Shown: one piece after another, positions 16,757 through 25,516 of the stretch | Numbering within the stretch: position 1 is the first letter of the stretch | Layout of the letters: the number at the start of each line of letters is the position of its first letter | Source of the DNA: Candidatus Woesearchaeota archaeon | Lineage (GTDB): Archaea > Nanobdellota > Nanobdellia > UBA10117 > JABICX01 | Direction of reading: 5' to 3' | Length of the DNA stretch: 38,205 nucleotides | NCBI GenBank assembly: GCA_964528765.1 | Contig: CAZGVA010000002.1 | Location: 1-38,205, forward strand | The notes under the pieces: model-generated | Databases searched by the model: none | Told to the model about the DNA's origin: nothing | The model's input: the letters and a program-made list of their open reading frames with translations, nothing else | Made by a program: the position numbers and the translations under genes

Positions 16757-17731
16757 ATGTTACCTTTCATGTATGATGTTATAATTATCGGTGCAGGTCC
16801 CGCAGGTTGTCGAACTGCCGAATTGTTAGCGAAAGAGAAAAAAGTTCTTGTGATAGAAGAACACTCGGAAATTGGTAAACCGGTTCAATGCACGGGTCTA
16901 ATTTCAAGTCATCTCTTGAAAATCCATCATGATTTGCCAGATTCTGTTGTTCAAAATAAAATTAAAACAGCTAGATTCTTCACACCAAATAAAACAAATT
17001 TTACACTTTCTGTCAAAAAACCCGCGTTAGTTGTTAATCGAGCTAAGCTTGATTCTTGGTTAGAAAATAAAGCAAGAAAATTGGGTGTCAAATTTAAAAT
17101 TAACACAAAATTTGAAAAATTTACGCAGTTGAAAAATAAAATTATGGTTAAGACAAACAAAGGAGATTTTGAATGTAGATATTTAGTTGGAGCAGATGGA
17201 GCACTTTCCAAAGTTCGAGAACAGATGAAGATGGATTTTGAATACAAGCAACAAATTTTTTCCCAGAAAACAAAATCAGGAAAATATAAAGAAGAAGCAG
17301 AACTTCATTTTGGTGGACAATATTTTAATTGGATTGTTCCATTTTCTGAAACACAAGCAAGAATCGGCGGACCATCGAAAGAGCAAAAGTTCAAAGGTGA
17401 ATCTGGAGGAGTAATTAGATATGGATTGCTTCCAACTGCACAAAAAGAAAATATCTTCCTTGTTGGAGATGCAGCACTTCAAGTTAAACCTTTTTCTGGA
17501 GGCGGAGTTGTCTATGGTCAAATTGGAGCACAGTGTCTAGCAGATGCAATCATATGTAAGAAAGACTATAATCATCTTTGGCAAGCAAAATTAAAATGGC
17601 CAATACAGAAAGGTCTTTTGTTTTGCAGATTTTACTCTCTTCCAAATTGTCTAAAGAATTTGTGTTTTGAAATTGTATATAGAATGCGTTTAGAAAAAAT
17701 ACTAGAAAAATTAGATATGGATTTTTACTAA
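16757..17731 (+). CDS. Geranylgeranyl reductase family FAD-dependent oxidoreductase
   Basis: YDVIIIGAGPAGCRTAELLA (FAD GxGxxG), VGADGALSKVR, and LVGDAA...KPFSGGG. ATG 16769 is an alternative start. Confidence 0.75.
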   Translation: MLPFMYDVIIIGAGPAGCRTAELLAKEKKVLVIEEHSEIGKPVQCTGLISSHLLKIHHDLPDSVVQNKIKTARFFTPNKTNFTLSVKKPALVVNRAKLDSWLENKARKLGVKFKINTKFEKFTQLKNKIMVKTNKGDFECRYLVGADGALSKVREQMKMDFEYKQQIFSQKTKSGKYKEEAELHFGGQYFNWIVPFSETQARIGGPSKEQKFKGESGGVIRYGLLPTAQKENIFLVGDAALQVKPFSGGGVVYGQIGAQCLADAIICKKDYNHLWQAKLKWPIQKGLLFCRFYSLPNCLKNLCFEIVYRMRLEKILEKLDMDFY

Positions 17732-18405
17732 AGTATTGTTTTGATTTGTTTTGGCGTTAATGTGCAATACTTACCTGTTTCTAATTCACCGATTTTTATT
17801 TCTCCAATTTGAATCCGTTTTAATGTTTTAATTTTATAATTAAACGCATTAAACATACGTCTAACAATTCGATTTTTTCCTTCATGAAGCGTTATTTGAA
17901 CAACAGTCGGACTAATTTGACTTACCTTTGCTGGAGCAGTTTTTCCGTCTTCCAATACTACTCCTTTTGATATCTGATGAAGATGTTCTTCAGAAATTGG
18001 TTGGGTTAATTCAACGTAGTAGGTTTTATTTATGTTGTATCTTGGATGCATAACTTTATTTGCAAAATCACCGTCATTGGTTAATAAAAGTAAACCTGAT
18101 GTATTGTAATCTAAACGACCTATTGGAAACACTCTTGTTTTCAATTTAATATAATACATAATTGTTTTGTATCTAGTATCTTTCAAAGCTGTAACACAAC
18201 CAATTGGTTTGTTAAACATTAGATAAATTTTTTCTTGTTTACTAATTAATTTACCATCAATTGTGATTTTATCTGAATCTTGGGCTTTATTACCTAATGA
18301 AATAATTTTTCCATTAACTTTTACTTTACCTTCTGCAATTAAATCCTCTGCTTTTCTGCGAGAGCAATATCCGTAATTGCTTATTAGTTTTTGAACTCTG
18401 TGCAT
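17728..18405 (-). CDS. RsuA/RluB-family pseudouridine synthase with an N-terminal S4 domain
   Basis: S4 domain RVQKLISNYGYCSRRKAEDLIAEGKVKVNG, and the catalytic motif PIGRLDYNTSGLLLLTNDG. The stop overlaps the convergent GGR stop by 4 nt. Confidence 0.85.
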   Translation of the reverse strand: MHRVQKLISNYGYCSRRKAEDLIAEGKVKVNGKIISLGNKAQDSDKITIDGKLISKQEKIYLMFNKPIGCVTALKDTRYKTIMYYIKLKTRVFPIGRLDYNTSGLLLLTNDGDFANKVMHPRYNINKTYYVELTQPISEEHLHQISKGVVLEDGKTAPAKVSQISPTVVQITLHEGKNRIVRRMFNAFNYKIKTLKRIQIGEIKIGELETGKYCTLTPKQIKTIL

Positions 18406-18634
18406 AATATGGGTTATATCGCAGGTAATATAATATTAACTAATTTAACCTATGAATTTGATCCAAAAAAAGAAAGATGACCTAATTGCGTTGCTGACGC
18501 AACGAGATACGTTATTGATTAAGATTACTAACTCGATTTTTGGTGAGTACTTTATTGTTTATATTATGAATAATCTTTTATACATAAAGCCTCCACTTTC
18601 AAAATATTTATAAAATTACGTATTATAGGGTAGT

Positions 18635-19705
18635 ATGAGTCAAGTTGCAGTTCCATTAATTAGGAAACTAATGAGACGGCATCACCTCACTCGTGGTGAA
18701 AGTTTTATCTTGCTTAAAGATTTATTAAAAACCGATATAAATGCTTACCAGTTCCTCGCTTTTTCTGTTGCTTCTCAAACAAAAGGAGAGACACAGGACG
18801 AAATTTTAGGTATGTTCGACGCATTGCAGGATGTTACAGGATTAAATTCAGTTAGTGATAAATCTTTGACAGATATATCTAGTTCAGGTGGAGGCCAATT
18901 AAAGAAAATTAATGTTTCAACTTTGTCTGCCCTAGTTGTTGGAACTCCTGAAAAACCCGTACCTAAACAATCTTTCTGGGGAATTACAAGTGTTAGTGGA
19001 AGTTCTAATACTTTAAATGAAATCGGTATATTTGTTCCGAGTGTAACTTTGGACCTGTTGAATAAAAGTTTAGCAGAAGTAGGTGTTGGTTTTTATCATC
19101 ATCTTCATATGAGTCCAGGTTTGAATAATTTAGTTAGTTTTGGTAATGTTCTTAGAGATGTTGGTGTGAATACACCATTTAATCTAGTTGCACCAATGTA
19201 TACGCCATTGGATTTGAATTATCGTTTATTTGGTATTAATGATGAAAAACAACTTAATTTAATTTCATCTTGTTTTAAAAAAATGGGGTACGAGAACGTG
19301 TGGGTAGTTCATGCAGTAGGTGGCATGGATGAGATATCTAACTTTGGACCAACAAAAATTAAAGGATTTATCGGCGAATCAGAAATAGATGTTATACTTA
19401 ATCCTGAAGATGCAGGAATTACGCGAAGCAGTTATGACCAAGTAAAATCAACGAATATACGTTCAAGTACAGAAGATTTTATGAGGATAGTTTATGGACT
19501 AGAAACCGGCCCAAAACGAGATTTGGTTTTGATTAATAGTGGTGCTGCGCTTTATTTGTCTGGGCAAGCTAAAGACCTTTTTGAAGGAGTTAGTATCGCA
19601 CGAAAAAGATTAGAAAACGGAAGCGTTGGAACCAAATTAACTCGATTAGTAAAAATTATCGGGGATCCTGCTAAGTTGAAGAAGGCAAAGGAGCTTTATT
19701 TGTAA
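18635..19705 (+). CDS. Glycosyltransferase family 3 (TrpD / nucleoside phosphorylase-like) protein with a divergent active-site region
   Basis: The N-terminal helical domain resembles TrpD (LTRGESFILLKDLL...FLAFSVASQTKGETQDEILGMFDAL). The core DISSSGGGQLKKINVSTLSALVVG aligns with GTGGD..NiST. The canonical KHGNR position reads KQSFWG. Confidence 0.6.
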   Translation: MSQVAVPLIRKLMRRHHLTRGESFILLKDLLKTDINAYQFLAFSVASQTKGETQDEILGMFDALQDVTGLNSVSDKSLTDISSSGGGQLKKINVSTLSALVVGTPEKPVPKQSFWGITSVSGSSNTLNEIGIFVPSVTLDLLNKSLAEVGVGFYHHLHMSPGLNNLVSFGNVLRDVGVNTPFNLVAPMYTPLDLNYRLFGINDEKQLNLISSCFKKMGYENVWVVHAVGGMDEISNFGPTKIKGFIGESEIDVILNPEDAGITRSSYDQVKSTNIRSSTEDFMRIVYGLETGPKRDLVLINSGAALYLSGQAKDLFEGVSIARKRLENGSVGTKLTRLVKIIGDPAKLKKAKELYL

Positions 19706-20490
19706 TGAATCAATTGGCATTTAAAAATAGTGTTTTAAGAAACGCCATTTTATGCCAAGTTATTGAACCGTTAGCAGATAAACCTGGATGTACTACGAGA
19801 TATGTTGATTCTTCACCCGGAACTAAATTAGAGTATTTTATAGTTTCCGGAGTTAATTCAGGTAGATCATTTTATAATTTAGCAGACCGAATAATTAAAC
19901 AAGGAAGACAACCTCCGAAAATTTTTGATATTGCTTATCAGGCGCAACAAAATAGCATAAGAAATCGTCAAGGTGGCAAAGTTAATTTTGGCGAAATACT
20001 ACTTTTAGTTCCAATTATAGCCGCCCAAACTTTAGAATTTATAGATACAAATTATGCTACAAATATCGATAATATTTTAGATCGGACAGAAAGTGTTTTG
20101 AAAAATACTACTAATGATGATCTTGTTTATTTGGACTTATTTATTGACTTAGCGAGAAAGCAAGCACAAGCATATGCTAAGAAGATTGATAAGGAAAATA
20201 ATTTCGTTGTTTCCGAAAATCTTGCCGGGAAATTTGACAGTGTTTGGTCTGCAGCTAAATCAAATCCACCCAATGGCTTAGCGATAGAGCTAGCAAAGAA
20301 GTACCCTTATACTAAAAAAGCATTTGAAATAATGTCTGCAAATATAGACGAAGGAGTTATTCAAGCAAGTGAAGTTGCATATCAAGAACTTCTGCCTGAA
20401 GTTGGTCGAGCTGACGGAACTGCTGATTTTATTGTAGCTGCAATGTATTTAATCTTTGCAAAATTTCAAACAAAATGTCTTTTTCTTTAG
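19705..20490 (+). CDS. CitG/MdcB-like (triphosphoribosyl-dephospho-CoA synthase family) protein, putative
   Basis: PLADKPGCTTRYVDS...LEYFIVSG resembles, from memory, the KPGxV.R..D motif region of the CitG family. The start overlaps the upstream stop by 1 nt (TAATG). Confidence 0.4.
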   Translation: MNQLAFKNSVLRNAILCQVIEPLADKPGCTTRYVDSSPGTKLEYFIVSGVNSGRSFYNLADRIIKQGRQPPKIFDIAYQAQQNSIRNRQGGKVNFGEILLLVPIIAAQTLEFIDTNYATNIDNILDRTESVLKNTTNDDLVYLDLFIDLARKQAQAYAKKIDKENNFVVSENLAGKFDSVWSAAKSNPPNGLAIELAKKYPYTKKAFEIMSANIDEGVIQASEVAYQELLPEVGRADGTADFIVAAMYLIFAKFQTKCLFL

Positions 20491-21125
20491 ATTACATGAT
20501 ATTCTAAAAAAATATATCTTCCGATTTGCTGAAAAGAATCTAATTCTAGTTGCTGATTTGTATTTACTTTTTCGAAAACTTTAACCGATGAAGGGTCTAA
20601 ACTTATCGGCATTACAATAAGACTTACTTTGTTTACTAAATTATTATTTAATAATGCTCCATTGAGTCCACCACCACCTTCAACCAGAATTTTATTTATT
20701 CCCAATAATTCTAGTTCTTCTAGAAAATCCGATAAGTTAACTCTGTCCGATTCAGTTTGTATGTATTTTATATCGCGTGATTGAAGTAGTTCTAAATACT
20801 GTGGATTTGTTGATTTATTAACACCTATTATGGTATTTTCAGAACCGTCAAGGAAATGATAATCAATCGGAATTTTAGCAAACGGATCCAAAGTTATACG
20901 AGTAGTATCTCCTTTTTCTTGTAAATGTGAGTTGAGTTTTGGATCGTCTATCAGGACAGTTCCAATTCCCACCATTATTGCGTCATACTCCCTTCTTATT
21001 TGATATTGAAGATCTAATATTTCCTGAGGTACATTTAGTTTTTTTATTAGCGATAAACTGCTCTCACCTCGTTTAGCCGTAATAATTCCATTTATTGAGC
21101 AAGCAGTGAGTATATTAACTTTCAT
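20487..21125 (-). CDS. RibD C-terminal-domain / DHFR-like reductase (archaeal diaminohydroxyphosphoribosylaminopyrimidine reductase-like)
   Basis: MKVNILTACSINGIITAK...YDAIMVGIGTVLIDDPKLN...ILVEGGGGLNGALL is the RibD_C pattern. Start set at ATG 21125, which overlaps the upstream gene by 11 nt. Confidence 0.65.
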   Translation of the reverse strand: MKVNILTACSINGIITAKRGESSLSLIKKLNVPQEILDLQYQIRREYDAIMVGIGTVLIDDPKLNSHLQEKGDTTRITLDPFAKIPIDYHFLDGSENTIIGVNKSTNPQYLELLQSRDIKYIQTESDRVNLSDFLEELELLGINKILVEGGGGLNGALLNNNLVNKVSLIVMPISLDPSSVKVFEKVNTNQQLELDSFQQIGRYIFLEYHVI

Positions 21126-21756
21126 TTCGAAAAAATTCATCAACCTGAGCGAGGTCTTCGTAATCATCTATCTCAAATACGGGTGCAGTATATTCAACAA
21201 ATCTTACTTTTTCTCCAGATAAGATTGCTCGATTGATAAAATCATCTGGCGGGCGATCTTCTAGATATTCAAATATTTTTTTTGAATGCACTAAAAAATT
21301 AGGTATACTGAATGTGTATCCGGCATTTCTTGTTACAAAAATTTGAGGAGGGTTCGGTACAAATTTTGCTTTAAATCTCTCAGACTGAACATAAAATAAT
21401 GAAGTACAATATTTTTCTTCTATGTGTGTATCTACTAGTTTTTTGATTAATTTATTATCTGTAAAAAACATATCTCCCGATATCCAAGCGAAGTTATCAT
21501 CAATAATGGATCTTAACGAATAAATATCATCCAATAAGTGCGCATTATCATAAACTCTAACGTCTGCATCAACTTCATCAAAAAAATGCTGAGACATCGG
21601 ATTTGTTATTATGAGCGGCTCAGCGTTTAATTCGTTACTTAGTGCAAGATATCGATTAAGTAAAGTGCGTTCCCCAACCGCCATAAATTGTTTAGGTGTA
21701 TTGTTGGGACCGCGTAGCTTAGTGCTTTGTCCGCCAGCTAGTATAACTAACCGCAT
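21115..21756 (-). CDS. Nucleotidyltransferase (sugar-phosphate / MobA-like NTP-transferase fold)
   Basis: The N-terminal MRLVILAGGQSTKLRG....PKQFMAVGERTLL is the G-rich NTP-transferase signature. Confidence 0.6.
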   Translation of the reverse strand: MRLVILAGGQSTKLRGPNNTPKQFMAVGERTLLNRYLALSNELNAEPLIITNPMSQHFFDEVDADVRVYDNAHLLDDIYSLRSIIDDNFAWISGDMFFTDNKLIKKLVDTHIEEKYCTSLFYVQSERFKAKFVPNPPQIFVTRNAGYTFSIPNFLVHSKKIFEYLEDRPPDDFINRAILSGEKVRFVEYTAPVFEIDDYEDLAQVDEFFRNES

Positions 21757-21832
21757 TAAGTAACTATCAAGTAAGAGTTATAAGTATATCTTTCATTTGA
21801 AACTCTTTTAAAATCAAATCAATTAGTAAGCC

Positions 21833-22453
21833 ATGGTTGAGAAATATTTCTTTGGATTTAATATTGAAAATCCTTTCAGGAGCGATATTCTAAATATTCG
21901 TTCAGATTTAATAGAAAAAGGCATAGTACGACAAAAGAAAAGATATTTTCCACACGTAACAATATATCCACAAGGTTTTAACGATGAGAAAACACTTATT
22001 AAAATATTCAAGAGTTTATCTTTCTCAGAATTTGAATTAAGCTTTACTAAAATTTATATGAAGCAGTTCTCGAAAAAAATACTTTATTTAGAAGTAAAAA
22101 TTACACCCCAAATACAGAAAATACATAACATTTTTCTTGATAAATTCGCATCTTTGCGTAATAATGCTTTAGCACAAACTATTCTTCAAGAAAAATCAGA
22201 CATGTCTGATAAAAATATCGCACTAATTGAGAAGTACGGTTATCCTTATTGTAGAGACCAATATAGACCACATATAACTTTAGGAACATTCAATGACCTG
22301 AACAAATTGAAAATTGCTACGAAAGCATTTAGCAATATTGAAATTCCAGAATTTTTGTTGATTAAAGAAATAATTTTATTCAAATATAATGAAAAAAATG
22401 ATTTATGGGAAGAGTTAGATAAAATAAAATTAAGTGCCCCCAACGAGATTTGA
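21833..22453 (+). CDS. 2H phosphoesterase (LigT/ThpR-like RNA 2',3'-cyclic phosphodiesterase / 2'-5' RNA ligase family)
   Basis: Two HxT motifs with appropriate spacing: PHVTIYP and PHITLGT. The last 18 nt overlap tRNA-Glu on the opposite strand. Confidence 0.7.
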   Translation: MVEKYFFGFNIENPFRSDILNIRSDLIEKGIVRQKKRYFPHVTIYPQGFNDEKTLIKIFKSLSFSEFELSFTKIYMKQFSKKILYLEVKITPQIQKIHNIFLDKFASLRNNALAQTILQEKSDMSDKNIALIEKYGYPYCRDQYRPHITLGTFNDLNKLKIATKAFSNIEIPEFLLIKEIILFKYNEKNDLWEELDKIKLSAPNEI

Positions 22454-22509
22454 ACTCGTGTCCTCAGGTCGAGAACCTGAGATGATTGGCCGGACTACAC
22501 CATAGGGGC
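22435..22509 (-). tRNA. tRNA-Glu (anticodon CUC)
   Basis: Minus strand reads GCCCCTA-TG-GTGTAGTCCGGCCAATCAT-C-TCAGG-TTCTCGA-CCTGA-GGAC-ACGAG-TTCAAAT-CTCGT-TGGGGGC-A. The D-arm GTGTAGTCCGGCCAATCAT is typical of archaeal tRNA-Glu. No CCA is encoded. Confidence 0.9.
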
Positions 22510-22637
22510 CTGAGTAATTGCTTTGTTTTTTGTTTATAAACTTTTTTAAGAAATGTAGCGTTTTATAATAAGTGAATATTCCTAATAAGTAGTGACGTTA
22601 TCAAAAGTTTTTTAAAGGTATCTTTTTACTTACCAAG

Positions 22638-24329
22638 ATGACAATAAAACAACCAAACGCAGATAATACTATTGAACTAGAACAGCTAGCAAAACCTTTT
22701 GATGTATCTATGGAGTCCGGTAAATATGATACACTTATTAGTACAAACTTAGAATTTCTTCGAGGAACTGTTGAAAGAATCGAAAAAACACATGCTAGTG
22801 AAATTTCACCAGTTGATTCTAATCTTATGGCGTATTATGAAGGTGTTCGTGATAGCGATCGTAGCACACTAAAACCGTTTGAAATACAAACTATTGACGG
22901 TATTGAATCACAAATTCGGGGAGCTAAAACTTTTAACTTATTGGGTGAAGTAAAACGTCAAATTAGTACTGGAGATATTATATCAAGTTATTCAAGTTTG
23001 ATTGAATTAGCTAAAATTTTACCAAACGTAGAATCTGTTGAAGGAAATCAAACATATTCACCTGAAAAAATTGTAATTACTGTCGCAGACGTAGTTTCAC
23101 AAATTCCACCATCTAGACCTGGAAAACCAACACTTGTTAATATTCTTGTTAAGGACCCAAGTTGCTTAGCACAAAATGTTGAATTAAGTAATGAATTTGT
23201 AAGAGAGTTACTTGATAATTATGCAGTAGGTGCTTCTAGATCACGTAAAATCAATGGCGTAAATAATGGATTCAGTCAAGGTGTAATCTCTAAATATAGA
23301 TATGCAATTAAAAAATTACGTAAAGAATTACCTATATCTGACATTGATGAACAATCAATTTTAGCTGGATTACAAAGTAATTATACAATATTTGAATCAG
23401 AACTTAAACAAATTAACTTATCTCTAGAAGAAAAATTATCTTCAGGACAAAATATATCTAAAAGTTTGAGAAAATTACTTGGTGAAGTTGGTAGAGAAAA
23501 TCCATTAGAACAATCTCAAGAAATAATTGAATATGCAATTGGACATATGAATAGTGTACATGATTTAATTACACAAGCATCACGTATAGCGAAAGTGGAT
23601 AGTCCTGTAAGTGCAATTGATGAAATTGTTATACCTCAAAAACCCGTTGTTCAAAAAGAAAAAATTTCATATGGTGGGCCGTTAGTTTCGTTTGAAAGTC
23701 CAGTAGCTGAATATGATTGGAAAAAAGTCCAAACAAATCGAGATGAAGATAATCCTCTAGGATATTATGATATCGATGTTCCAATATCTGTATCTGTTCC
23801 CGTTAAAGAAGATGAAATTAGACGATTAGAATCAATTAATCAACGAAATAAAAAACAAGCTATGGGAGAAGTTAAAGGAATTCGTGCAAGACAGCAAAAT
23901 GATGCAGAATTTACTGTTGAATATTTAACTAGCGAATTAAATCAAATATCTAATCAATTATTTGGTGTTGATATTAATGAAGATTTAACTAAACATATTT
24001 TTGAAAGTGGAATTGAGAGAATGTCACCAAAAACTAGATCCTTGGAAGTAAAAATTAGCTCATTAAGATCGTATGTTAATGTCACTGAAATAAATAATAT
24101 GTTGAAAAAACAAGTTGCGGGAGAAACTGAAAGTATTTATTTTAATGCATTTGTTAAAGATATGGATGAGCGAAATCAAACATCTAGACTTGAAGCTGCA
24201 ATGTTGCTTGCTATCTCAGGAAGTAAAATTTTAGCAGATGGTGGAGAACTTACATCAGATAATGATGAAGTATGTTTAACTGTAAATGAAGCTATTGCTG
24301 ATTTGTTTAATATGAATGGAGCTGAATAA
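22638..24329 (+). CDS. Hypothetical protein (563 aa ORFan)
   Basis: A 1.7-kb open frame in AT-rich DNA. No TM segment, signal peptide or catalytic motif recognised. It appears largely helical and charged. Confidence 0.6.
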   Translation: MTIKQPNADNTIELEQLAKPFDVSMESGKYDTLISTNLEFLRGTVERIEKTHASEISPVDSNLMAYYEGVRDSDRSTLKPFEIQTIDGIESQIRGAKTFNLLGEVKRQISTGDIISSYSSLIELAKILPNVESVEGNQTYSPEKIVITVADVVSQIPPSRPGKPTLVNILVKDPSCLAQNVELSNEFVRELLDNYAVGASRSRKINGVNNGFSQGVISKYRYAIKKLRKELPISDIDEQSILAGLQSNYTIFESELKQINLSLEEKLSSGQNISKSLRKLLGEVGRENPLEQSQEIIEYAIGHMNSVHDLITQASRIAKVDSPVSAIDEIVIPQKPVVQKEKISYGGPLVSFESPVAEYDWKKVQTNRDEDNPLGYYDIDVPISVSVPVKEDEIRRLESINQRNKKQAMGEVKGIRARQQNDAEFTVEYLTSELNQISNQLFGVDINEDLTKHIFESGIERMSPKTRSLEVKISSLRSYVNVTEINNMLKKQVAGETESIYFNAFVKDMDERNQTSRLEAAMLLAISGSKILADGGELTSDNDEVCLTVNEAIADLFNMNGAE

Positions 24330-24331
24330 AT

Positions 24332-25516
24332 ATGAGTAATGGAAACAATTCTTATATTGCACACCATGTTAATCTTTGGAATAAAGGTGGAAAAGTTTTA
24401 AGTGGATTAACTTTTAAAAACGGTGGTCGTACATCTAAAAAATCAAAAATGAATCCTTGGCAGTATGTGTTAACTTTAAATCAATCTGGTTGGGATGTTG
24501 ATTTTTCTGGAGTTAGACGTGAAGATATTGCTAGAAAAAAACATGTTCCAGATTTACTTAAATTTTATATGTTAGAACATGGAATTATTTTCAAAGAAAT
24601 TGTAGCTCGTTTTGAGGGAGCAGTTAAAACTTCTGGAAGTGTTCGTCCAGTAAGCGAAATGATTGAATCCATTGGTGGATATGGTTCTTTTGGCCATAAA
24701 AAACAATTGTTTAACTCGCCAATTGGACGTAAGAGAGAGCATCGTAGTTTTTTGGAATATATTGGGGCCAATGAGTTATTTGATACGGTTAAAACAAAAC
24801 CTGAATTTACTAAAAGACATTTTATTGAAACAATTATTTTTCCGTTAAGAGAAAGTTGTAATTTTATGGGTTTAATTGACAGACCAACCGATAAAGATTC
24901 AAGAATTTACGTAAGACACACTACTGATGAAGGAGAGATTGTAACATTAAAAACTGATGCAAATGGTACTGATATATATGAAATTAATTTACCTGCTGCG
25001 CGATTAGATGACATGCGTAAAAGAAACACAAACACCTATGGAAAGTTTGCAAAGAGATATGGTAATATACCCGTTTTACCGGATAACCGTACAGGATTAC
25101 ATTTATCTAAAGTAACAACTAGTTGGGAAGATACAGTAAATTTCTTAAGAAAATCTGGTTTAAATCAGCCAATTAATTATTGGCAAGATTGCAATTTGCC
25201 AATTGCTCCCACAGATGTACTAAAATCTAAAACTCGTGCAGAAGAAGGTTATATTTCACTTGTATTTAGAACTCCCGTTGAAAACGAAACAGCAGTTATT
25301 AAAATAAATCGAGATACACTTGGTATGGAGTATCTCTTAGATGATAGCGTTATGAGTTCAGAACAATTTAGTTTACAGTTAATGAGTAATTTTTTTGCTA
25401 ATGTTATTGAACCATCTAAATTGTTCAAAACAACTTCAGACGCAGTTCAAGAAAGAGTCAGAAAGATGTCAACGTTAGAATCAAGATTACCTGCGTATAT
25501 GGGTAACGGTAAATAA
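24332..25516 (+). CDS. Hypothetical protein (394 aa ORFan)
   Basis: The open frame starts 2 nt after the upstream stop. It has a basic N-terminal patch (GGRTSKKSKMNPW). No motif recognised. Confidence 0.6.
   Translation: MSNGNNSYIAHHVNLWNKGGKVLSGLTFKNGGRTSKKSKMNPWQYVLTLNQSGWDVDFSGVRREDIARKKHVPDLLKFYMLEHGIIFKEIVARFEGAVKTSGSVRPVSEMIESIGGYGSFGHKKQLFNSPIGRKREHRSFLEYIGANELFDTVKTKPEFTKRHFIETIIFPLRESCNFMGLIDRPTDKDSRIYVRHTTDEGEIVTLKTDANGTDIYEINLPAARLDDMRKRNTNTYGKFAKRYGNIPVLPDNRTGLHLSKVTTSWEDTVNFLRKSGLNQPINYWQDCNLPIAPTDVLKSKTRAEEGYISLVFRTPVENETAVIKINRDTLGMEYLLDDSVMSSEQFSLQLMSNFFANVIEPSKLFKTTSDAVQERVRKMSTLESRLPAYMGNGK

Noticed and set aside
18489-18504. Perfect hairpin CGTTGC-TGAC-GCAACG in the intergenic region upstream of the TrpD-like gene, also inside a possible 45-aa ORF at 18452-18589
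   Set aside because: The stem is only 6 bp and the element is a single copy with no supporting context. The small ORF has no recognisable motif. Neither is strong enough to call a regulatory element or a gene.
21823-22011. 62-aa minus-strand ORF
   Set aside because: It is antisense to the 5' end of the 2H phosphoesterase gene, which has clear HxT motifs.
22435-25516. The idea that the ORFan pair next to tRNA-Glu is an integrated virus or mobile island
   Set aside because: I could find no integrase, no duplicated tRNA 3' fragment and no evident composition shift by eye. In addition, the ORFans lie on the 5' side of the tRNA, not the usual 3' integration side.
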